DNA from: a virus
Taxonomy: Duplodnaviria; Caudoviricetes
Direction: 5' to 3' (one strand)
Length of the DNA stretch: 29,260 nucleotides
IMG/VR virus record: IMGVR_UViG_3300046779_001164
Span: 1-29,260 of that record
The position numbers were made by a program, and so were the translations under genes. Of the stretch, positions 15,155-22,005 are shown piece after piece. The notes under the pieces are model-generated. The model had not been told where the DNA came from. It ran no database searches and saw nothing but the letters and a program-made list of their open reading frames with translations. The stretch's first letter is position 1, and every line of letters starts with the position of its first letter.

Positions 15155-15204
15155 TTATACACATAGTTATCCACAGGGTCGGCCCAAGATCGTGCAAATG
15201 TCAA
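15155..15204. repeat. dyad element E9: two DnaA boxes + core + right arm
   Basis: TTATACACA-3-TTATCCACA-G-GGTCGGCC-N15-GTCAA. Confidence 0.85.
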
Positions 15205-15320
15205 GTCGACACGCCGTAGAAAAATAAATAAAAAACTTTTGCGACACGCCGTGTTTGGATTTGACAAATGCTTATTAGTATGATTAACTATATATAGATA
15301 GAAAAAGAAAGGAAGTCAAG

Positions 15321-15449
15321 ATGATTTCACTAAAGGTAAATGTAGGAATGTGTGAAGTTTGCGATAACTACACACCTCGCTTGTATGTAGAAGAGTTCGA
15401 ACAGGAATGTTGCGAATACTGCTACAACGCATACGGTGACTGTAACTAA
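15321..15449 (+). CDS. Zn-binding small protein (42 aa)
   Basis: CEVC...CCEYC; GAAAGGA Shine-Dalgarno; TTGACA at 15261. Confidence 0.65.
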   Translation: MISLKVNVGMCEVCDNYTPRLYVEEFEQECCEYCYNAYGDCN

Positions 15450-15498
15450 ATGTCAGCGGTATCTGATACAGTATTACTAGATAGATAAGGATAGATAT

Positions 15499-15660
15499 AT
15501 GAAAACCCCAATGGACTTAGCGTCATTACAAAAGCAATACGAGATGATGGTCAAGGTTGCTAAGCAATCACTAAACAATGATGTAGACCTATCACCTGCG
15601 TTTGAGAGAGAACTAACTCAACTAACTAAGTTGGTAAAATCTATGGGAGGAAAAATCTAA
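15499..15660 (+). CDS. small protein (53 aa)
   Basis: MKTPMDLASLQKQY...; promoter ATGTC-N12-TACAGT at 15450-15472. Confidence 0.65.
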   Translation: MKTPMDLASLQKQYEMMVKVAKQSLNNDVDLSPAFERELTQLTKLVKSMGGKI

Positions 15661-15661
15661 G

Positions 15662-15751
15662 ATGATTACATTGACATTCGAAACTTGGGAAGAGTTTGAC
15701 GAGGCTATTGGTTCGATTTGTGTTGTTGAGATGGCATTAGCGTCAGAGTAA
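15662..15751 (+). CDS. small protein (29 aa)
   Basis: MITLTFETWEEFDEAIGS...; GGAGG Shine-Dalgarno. Confidence 0.55.
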   Translation: MITLTFETWEEFDEAIGSICVVEMALASE

Positions 15752-15924
15752 AACCTGGCACTAGTGTGCTCACTAATAAATGGTTGATTTTTTCTCTAGG
15801 GTATGTATCATACATATCTAAAAAATATTCAGATTTTGCAAAATTCAATTTTTTTCAGATTTTCAGATTTTGGCGGTATACAGATCAGCTCTGATGTATA
15901 ATATAACTAACGAAAGGATCTTTT

Positions 15925-15975
15925 ATGTGTAATGGTAACTGTACTTGTGGCAAGAATAACCCTGAGAGCAAGTAA
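15925..15975 (+). CDS. Cys-rich micropeptide (16 aa)
   Basis: MCNGNCTCGKNNPESK*; TATAAT and GAAAGGA upstream. Confidence 0.45.
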   Translation: MCNGNCTCGKNNPESK

Positions 15976-16049
15976 TGTCTATATCAGATGTTCCTGATGA
16001 GATCAAATCTGAATGCAAATGCGATAATTGCAAATGCAAAAACAATTAA
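15975..16049 (+). CDS. Cys-rich micropeptide (24 aa), metallothionein-like motif
   Basis: MSISDVPDEIKSECKCDNCKCKNN*; TAATG coupling. Confidence 0.45.
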   Translation: MSISDVPDEIKSECKCDNCKCKNN

Positions 16050-16141
16050 AACACTAAATAGTTAATAAAACTATAGAATATAGCCATCCATAGGTATGAA
16101 ATAAGGATAGCTCCTATAATATACAATGTCTTCTTAAGCAT
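16046..16141 (-). CDS. small membrane peptide (31 aa)
   Basis: MLKKTLYIIGAILISYLWMAIFYSFINYLVF*. Confidence 0.45.
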   Translation of the reverse strand: MLKKTLYIIGAILISYLWMAIFYSFINYLVF

Positions 16142-16161
16142 AGTCTTAATTTTCAACGGTA

Positions 16162-16335
16162 TTACGGAAGAGCTAGCTCTGACGTTCTTGATATAAGGCC
16201 ATATTCCAATAACCATAGGTTAATAAGCTTATAGGAAACATTAAACTTCTTTCCAATTTCTCTTGATTCTAGGCCTTCTGACAAGAATTGCTCTAAAACA
16301 GCCTTATCCTGATATAACTTAACGTATTCTGACAT
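16162..16335 (-). CDS. small helix-turn-helix protein (57 aa, not in ORF track)
   Basis: ...GLESREIGKKFNVSYKLINLWLLEYGL; TAATG coupling. Confidence 0.7.
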   Translation of the reverse strand: MSEYVKLYQDKAVLEQFLSEGLESREIGKKFNVSYKLINLWLLEYGLISRTSELALP

Positions 16336-16523
16336 TATCTGATAACTCCATTTTCTTTCAACATATCGTATAGCTCTCCATTAACCCTTACTAGATCATT
16401 CTGCATCTGGTCAATAGTTGCTTTAATCTGTTCTTCCGTGGCTCCCATGCCAGAAAGTGCTTCTCTATTCATTACATTTACGTAGTCTGTCATCATTTTA
16501 ACTACTTCATCTTTGTAAAACAT
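16335..16523 (-). CDS. hypothetical protein
   Basis: 62 aa. Confidence 0.75.
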   Translation of the reverse strand: MFYKDEVVKMMTDYVNVMNREALSGMGATEEQIKATIDQMQNDLVRVNGELYDMLKENGVIR

Positions 16524-16527
16524 ACCC

Positions 16528-16746
16528 TTACCATTTCTCTAACGGACAATGTGCTTGTTTCAATGTGGACTTTAGTTTCATAAAGCAGCCACACTTTCGA
16601 CACTTTGTCAATCTTTTGTCTAGCCATGGACATTCGTTGCAAATTGCTAGACGTGCCTCTATTAGCTCTCTGTCGCTTCTAGGCTGCCTTGGATCAAATA
16701 AGTCAAGGAATACCACATCTTTTTTTCCATCGTCTCCAGAAGCCAT
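16528..16746 (-). CDS. Cys-rich protein (DUF6171-like), paralog of 23202..23435
   Basis: R..IC..CP.L...CxKCGCFM.LK..L....CPL.KW. Confidence 0.8.
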   Translation of the reverse strand: MASGDDGKKDVVFLDLFDPRQPRSDRELIEARLAICNECPWLDKRLTKCRKCGCFMKLKSTLKQAHCPLEKW

Positions 16747-16802
16747 ATAACATAATACCATAAAATTTCCACTTGTTCTACATGTAGAGTGTTTACACTC
16801 AT

Positions 16803-16848
16803 AAGTTGTAGATAGTGTGGATGGGATCTCTTATTCCGCCGAATTTTT
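16803..16848 (-). repeat. right copy of long-range imperfect inverted repeat
   Basis: Reverse complement resembles 2713..2760. Confidence 0.55.
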
Positions 16849-16921
16849 CGTTTTTAAAATTGAGCTTATAGCGGCGAACTTATATAATGTAAACAAAAAA
16901 CTATATTATAATTGTAGTATT

Positions 16922-17188
16922 ATGACAATTCAAGACTGGCTTGGCCTAACCCTAACATCGCTATCAATTTTAACAATCATCGGTGTTGCCGTCAGGTGGG
17001 TAATTCGTCATTATCTAAAAGATGTAGTTCACGAGCTAAAACCTAATGGTGGATCAAGTTTAAAAGATCAGGTTAACAGATTAGAGGCTAAAGTTCAAGA
17101 AGCAGATATCAAGAGAAAAGAAATGTCTAACAAAATAGATCACATGTATGAAGTTTTATTGGATTACATCTCAAGATCGTCAAAGTAA
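16922..17188 (+). CDS. N-terminal TM + coiled-coil protein (holin/lysis-accessory-like)
   Basis: TM helix then ELKPNGGSSLKDQVNRLE motif of actinophage membrane proteins; start 16922 after TATAAT. Confidence 0.7.
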   Translation: MTIQDWLGLTLTSLSILTIIGVAVRWVIRHYLKDVVHELKPNGGSSLKDQVNRLEAKVQEADIKRKEMSNKIDHMYEVLLDYISRSSK

Positions 17189-17359
17189 AATCTGCGAAAA
17201 CTGAAAACCGATTATTATATATAATATAAGAAAACCATAAAGCTATAAGATATATTCTTAATATCTATTAATTAATATATATATTATATACACAAAAAAT
17301 ATTTGTCAAGTACTTTTTATGTTACGATTGTGTTAAGTTTTTATTACATATACATAAAC

Positions 17360-17388
17360 TGTGGATAACTACAAAAAACTGTGGATAA
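17360..17388 (-). promoter_or_regulatory. two DnaA boxes adjacent to a very AT-rich tract
   Basis: TGTGGATAA at 17360 and 17380; AT-rich 17210-17350. Confidence 0.65.
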
Positions 17389-17404
17389 TATGTTATAATT
17401 GTAC

Positions 17405-17458
17405 AAGCTGGTACCCAGGGATGTCTCTCATACCCACCTCCTTGGGTACTAGTTTTTT
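17405..17458 (+). ncRNA. candidate small RNA (single hairpin with anti-SD sequence, U-tract)
   Basis: TGTTATAAT at 17391; 14-bp stem 17408-17421/17439-17452; T6 tail. Confidence 0.5.
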
Positions 17459-17485
17459 ATTATATTGGGGTATAATTATATTACT

Positions 17486-17878
17486 ATGACTACTTCTGCG
17501 ACCTGCTGCCCTGATGAACATTTTGGATCAAATCCTATTATCATTAAATGGAACATAGTTAGAGGCGATACCGCCAAACTTCGTGTTGAATTCCTCGATA
17601 ACGACGAAGTAACACTTTTTGATACCTCTACCTGGGAGTTCGCATCTTCTGCATACGATACCAGGGGAGACCTTCTTGACGAGCTAGAAGTCATCGAAGG
17701 CGATGGATACGTAGATATTGTAGCGTCATCTGATATTACTGCAAACTGGGGTACTGGATCTGGGTCTGTAGTTGCAGAGCTAGCTTTTGACCTTGAGGTT
17801 ATTATTGATGACACTGTTTGGACGCCAGTATTGGGAACAATTACCGTTATTGGTGATGTAACTGGAGGAAGTCTATAA
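17486..17878 (+). CDS. virion accessory protein, BppU N-terminal-like
   Basis: W.IVRGDT...FDLEV...VWT...GTI.V..DVT; paralogous to 20014 and 25939. Confidence 0.7.
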   Translation: MTTSATCCPDEHFGSNPIIIKWNIVRGDTAKLRVEFLDNDEVTLFDTSTWEFASSAYDTRGDLLDELEVIEGDGYVDIVASSDITANWGTGSGSVVAELAFDLEVIIDDTVWTPVLGTITVIGDVTGGSL

Positions 17879-17964
17879 TGCCAGTTATTAAGGTTACTAC
17901 AAACAACTCAGGACTTCCACCAATCATTAAGATTGGCACTAAAATATATAAGGTGAACAAATAA
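17878..17964 (+). CDS. small protein (28 aa)
   Basis: MPVIKVTTNNSGLPPIIKIGTKIYKVNK*; TAATG coupling both sides. Confidence 0.6.
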   Translation: MPVIKVTTNNSGLPPIIKIGTKIYKVNK

Positions 17965-18242
17965 TGGCTACTACACATAATCTTTATACACTTAGCAATT
18001 CTACTGCTACCAGACTTACCCCATTAGGCATGCACTCTGGAATGGACATTACCCTTCAAAATGTAAACTCAGAAGGATATATTTATATTGGCGGTGAGGG
18101 GGTCACCTCTCTTAACTATGGATATCGCCTAACCCCTAATAATGCTGTTGCTTGGGAACTTCCAGAAAAAGACGCTCTATATGCAATAGCAAGCTCCGAT
18201 GAGCTTAAGCTTGCAGTAATAAAGACAAGTCTGGAGAAGTAG
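17964..18242 (+). CDS. small beta-rich virion-type protein
   Basis: QN...YIYIGG.GV....GYRL motif; structural context. Confidence 0.7.
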   Translation: MATTHNLYTLSNSTATRLTPLGMHSGMDITLQNVNSEGYIYIGGEGVTSLNYGYRLTPNNAVAWELPEKDALYAIASSDELKLAVIKTSLEK

Positions 18243-18243
18243 C

Positions 18244-19269
18244 GTGGCTAGATTTACAAGTCCTGATGGCGTTGGTGCACCTGGACCTACTGGTGCAACT
18301 GGTCCTGGAGTTCCATCTGGCGGTAATGCTGGAGATATCTTAGCAAAGATTGACGGTGCTGACTACAATACTGAGTGGATCGAAAACTATACAAGCACTG
18401 TTAAGCATCTAGTTAAGTATGTTGGTAATCCAACCATACCAATCGGAACTCCAGTTTACGCAGTGCTAAACGGTAATGGAAATAGCTCAACCAATATTCC
18501 AGTAAATGTTGCATCGAATGCATCAGAGGCAACCTCATCTAAGACTATGGGTCTTATAGAAGACTCTGTTGCAAAGAATGGGTTTGTCTATGTAGTTACT
18601 GAGGGTTTGGTCGCAGGTATTGATACGTCTACCGCAAATACTGGAGATCCAGTATGGCTTGGTGAGAATGGTGCATACATCTTTGGACTTGCAAACAAGC
18701 CAACTGCCCCAGCACATCTAGTGTTCCTGGGTGTTGTTACACGTGGACAGCAGGTAAATGGAGAGATTTTTGTTAAGGTTCAGAATGGCTTTGAGCTAGA
18801 CGAATTACACACAGTATCTCTTGAAGCTGCTGCATCAATATCGAATAATGAAGTACTTGCCTTCGATTCCGCTTCAGGCTTGTGGAAAAATAAAACTATT
18901 GGCGAGGTATTGTCTAAGGCCAGCGGATTCGTCAATGCTGGTGTTGATGTGACACTGGGAAACTTAAAAGCAAGAATTCCAACATCTGGCAATCGTAGCC
19001 TACAACTATCTACAGTTACAGGAACTTATAGTGTATATGGTAGTGGTGTTTATTCACAAAATGGGGTAAGTGGGACCACAATTACAGAAGGAAACTTTGT
19101 CACAATAACAACAACACCAACATATCTTGTACCTAGTTACCAGTTTACAGTTGCTGGTGCCACAGATACATGGATCATAAGAGACCTAAGCAATACTATT
19201 GCTTGGAGAATAACCTTGGTTATTGGTGGAAGTTTTAATAATAACTTTATTAGCATTGAAAAGCTATAG
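18244..19269 (+). CDS. tail fibre/minor structural protein with short collagen-like N-terminus
   Basis: GAPGPTGATGPG; G.PVY...GL...G.V.TEG..GIDTS...GDPVWL domain shared with 25417..25920. Confidence 0.75.
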   Translation: MARFTSPDGVGAPGPTGATGPGVPSGGNAGDILAKIDGADYNTEWIENYTSTVKHLVKYVGNPTIPIGTPVYAVLNGNGNSSTNIPVNVASNASEATSSKTMGLIEDSVAKNGFVYVVTEGLVAGIDTSTANTGDPVWLGENGAYIFGLANKPTAPAHLVFLGVVTRGQQVNGEIFVKVQNGFELDELHTVSLEAAASISNNEVLAFDSASGLWKNKTIGEVLSKASGFVNAGVDVTLGNLKARIPTSGNRSLQLSTVTGTYSVYGSGVYSQNGVSGTTITEGNFVTITTTPTYLVPSYQFTVAGATDTWIIRDLSNTIAWRITLVIGGSFNNNFISIEKL

Positions 19270-19296
19270 TGTTCAATACCCTGGGATAATAGTATT

Positions 19297-19998
19297 ATGG
19301 CTGTTTCTCAGAATATAAATTTCCCATCATCTGGATATGCATCCAAGGTAAAAGAATCTAAAGAGTCTGATCAGCCAGTATTTTTCGCTGTTCCTGGTGC
19401 ACCTGGGCCAGAAGGTCCTAGGGGTGTACGTGGAGAGAAGGGCGAAAAGGGTGATCCAGGAGAACCTGGACAGTCCATAAAAGGTCCCAAGGGTGATCCA
19501 GGCAAAGACGGAAAGTCTTATTTTCCAAAATACGAACAAAATGTTGGTTGGGCAAGATACTTTAATAAAAATACTAATACTATACCAACAGGAGCCACTA
19601 GGGGTGAAGATGGCTGGGTAGACTTATTTATTAACTCTACAGCAGCAATGGAAGAATTTTTGCCAGAAGGATCAGCAAGCCTATACACCAATGATCTTAG
19701 AAAAATAAACACCAGAGGGCTAAAGGTTGGTGCTCAAATACAGATAACGTATGACATAGAAGTTATAACTTTTAATTCAAATACCGAGGTCTGGATGAAA
19801 TCAGAATTTGCTGAGCTCGATGACGCAACAACTACCTTCTGTGCTAATCTTAAATATCAGCACACGTATGAAATGACCATTACGCACACTTTGGCGGTAT
19901 TTTCTGAGAAGCATCGGGTAGCTGGAATTATGCCAAAAATAAGAACAGACCTTGATTCTGCAGTGAAGATAAAATCAATATATGTCTCAGTTAATTAG
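19297..19998 (+). CDS. collagen-repeat-containing structural protein
   Basis: Run of G-X-Y triplets (GAPGPEGPRGVRGEKGEKGDPGEPG...). Confidence 0.8.
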   Translation: MAVSQNINFPSSGYASKVKESKESDQPVFFAVPGAPGPEGPRGVRGEKGEKGDPGEPGQSIKGPKGDPGKDGKSYFPKYEQNVGWARYFNKNTNTIPTGATRGEDGWVDLFINSTAAMEEFLPEGSASLYTNDLRKINTRGLKVGAQIQITYDIEVITFNSNTEVWMKSEFAELDDATTTFCANLKYQHTYEMTITHTLAVFSEKHRVAGIMPKIRTDLDSAVKIKSIYVSVN

Positions 19999-20013
19999 TG
20001 TATAATATAAGTT

Positions 20014-20358
20014 ATGGCATTTCCAGGAACCCACAATATTTCATATTACCACGGTGACACTTTCGAGTTCACTGTTACCCCAAAAGCATCTGACGGATCA
20101 GCCTTCAGCCTAACAGGATACTCAAGCAAGTTCTTTATTGCAAATAAGAGAGGCTCTGGAGCAATTCAGTACGAGTGCACATCTTCTATTGCAAACGGTG
20201 TAATCACTTGCACAATTTTACCATCAAGAGGTAGAGACCTTACTCCTGGAACAACATATTTCTATGATGTACAGATTGCTAAGAGCAACGACTCAGTTGT
20301 CCACACACTTCTTACTGGAACAATCACCGTTACCCCAGATATAACTGGAGCGGTTTAA
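20014..20358 (+). CDS. virion accessory protein, BppU N-terminal-like
   Basis: YHGDTF...YFYDVQI...LLTGTITV..DIT. Confidence 0.75.
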   Translation: MAFPGTHNISYYHGDTFEFTVTPKASDGSAFSLTGYSSKFFIANKRGSGAIQYECTSSIANGVITCTILPSRGRDLTPGTTYFYDVQIAKSNDSVVHTLLTGTITVTPDITGAV

Positions 20359-20927
20359 TGCCAGAGGTTTTAGTAGCCAACGACGATCTTACTGTACTGG
20401 GTGGACCATCATCTATAAACGTAAACGTTGACCTTGGAGCAACTGGAAAACGTGGAAGTCAGATCTTCATTAGTCCTGGCGACCCAACCGACCCACTGAC
20501 TGTAATTGGACAGACTCCAGAAGTTTTTGATCTATGCATAAATACTTTAACTTCTGACGCAGAATACCTATACTTGTATCAGTATCAGAACTTAGGTGCA
20601 ATAAATTCTTGGGTACCACTTTTTAAATTAATCCCTAATACATATAGTCAAAACTATTCAAAGAGTTTTGTCTCTGGGGAAACTACAATAAATATACCAG
20701 TCGCTTCTATTACAGAAAGCCAAAACCTAGAAGCAACTAACTTTAATATTCAACTAAACATCATTAATGATAACCCAGTATCTAGTTCACTTACTATTGG
20801 TACAATTCAGATTGTTGATGGAAATCAGGTATTGCCTTTAACTATTAAGGCAGTGGAATACGCTGATAGTTCTTGGTCAGACTTGTCAGGAACAAAGATA
20901 GTCCACGTATTCATTACTGTGGTATAA
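20358..20927 (+). CDS. putative structural protein
   Basis: 189 aa, beta-rich, coupled in structural module. Confidence 0.7.
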   Translation: MPEVLVANDDLTVLGGPSSINVNVDLGATGKRGSQIFISPGDPTDPLTVIGQTPEVFDLCINTLTSDAEYLYLYQYQNLGAINSWVPLFKLIPNTYSQNYSKSFVSGETTINIPVASITESQNLEATNFNIQLNIINDNPVSSSLTIGTIQIVDGNQVLPLTIKAVEYADSSWSDLSGTKIVHVFITVV

Positions 20928-20946
20928 TTTAAAATGGTGATAAAAC

Positions 20947-21381
20947 ATGGCATCTGAAGACATTGGTACTATATATAAAACGCAAATCCCAGGATATGAG
21001 GATGCTGCAGATATTCAGGCTGCACTAAAGCTTTACCACTACGGTACAACTACCGCAATTACTCAAGAATCAGAAATTATCGCAAACTCTGTTGTCGGAC
21101 ACATCAAGGCATTAGACACACGACTAGACGCTGTAGAGGCTACTGGTATTGGATCAGACTACGGGTCTACCAAGCCAACGTCACCAGAAGATGGATTTAT
21201 CTGGGTAGATTCAGCCTCAGTTGCACCAGCAATAACTTTAACATCTACCGCAATTTATCAAAACTCTGCCCCTACAACAGGCCTAGTTGACGGATTGCTC
21301 TGGGTAGACAAGGATTCATCACCACTAAAGATGTACGTGTATGACCTAGGTACAACTACCTGGAAAGAGATAGGTGCATAA
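20947..21381 (+). CDS. putative tail fibre-associated protein
   Basis: Two P.....G.(I/L)WVD repeats. Confidence 0.7.
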   Translation: MASEDIGTIYKTQIPGYEDAADIQAALKLYHYGTTTAITQESEIIANSVVGHIKALDTRLDAVEATGIGSDYGSTKPTSPEDGFIWVDSASVAPAITLTSTAIYQNSAPTTGLVDGLLWVDKDSSPLKMYVYDLGTTTWKEIGA

Positions 21382-21998
21382 TGGCAACAGTTAGTACAAG
21401 CGGAAAAGTAGCCTACATTTATGACGAGCCTACAGATACCTGGTATCCAGTAGCAGGAAACGTTAGCACCTCCTCCGACTATGACTGGACTGGGGATCAC
21501 TCTTTTGCAGCACCAGTAAGTTTTCAGGATGTTGTTAAGTCAAAGGCTGGGATTAATAATTTTCAAAATCCAGCAGCACGAGACGCTGCCATTGCATCAC
21601 CAACAAACGGTGCTGTTTGTTTTGTTAGACAGACAGACTCTGGAGTTGACATAAATCAAATTCAATATTACACAACTGTTGGCTGGGTATCAGCATATGA
21701 CGCTAGATACTCTACAAAAACTAGTGCCTATACATTAAGTATTGCTGATTCTGGAACTATTGTGATAGTAAACTCATCTACAGATGTTGACGTAACAGTG
21801 CCTTTAAATATTTTTCCATTAGGTGCAAAAATTGATATTGTTAGAACGGGGTCTGGAGAGGTTTCTATTGCCCCAGCATCTAGCGTAACGATTAGAAGTA
21901 AGAACTCAGCTAAAAGACTTTCATTGCCATATTCTGGTGCAACGCTAATTCAAAATGGTGTAAATGACTGGCTATTAATTGGTGACCTAAAGGTTTAG
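21381..21998 (+). CDS. putative tail fibre protein
   Basis: AARDAAI.SP..G; C-terminal YTL...D.G...FPLG...WLLIGDL domain common in phage fibres. Confidence 0.75.
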   Translation: MATVSTSGKVAYIYDEPTDTWYPVAGNVSTSSDYDWTGDHSFAAPVSFQDVVKSKAGINNFQNPAARDAAIASPTNGAVCFVRQTDSGVDINQIQYYTTVGWVSAYDARYSTKTSAYTLSIADSGTIVIVNSSTDVDVTVPLNIFPLGAKIDIVRTGSGEVSIAPASSVTIRSKNSAKRLSLPYSGATLIQNGVNDWLLIGDLKV

Positions 21999-22005
21999 GC
22001 TGTAA

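Noticed and set aside
4526-15204. CRISPR array or canonical integron
   Set aside because: Repeats are 0.3-3.2 kb apart with unconserved internal spacers; no cas or intI gene and no RYYYAAC/GTTRRRY attC ends.
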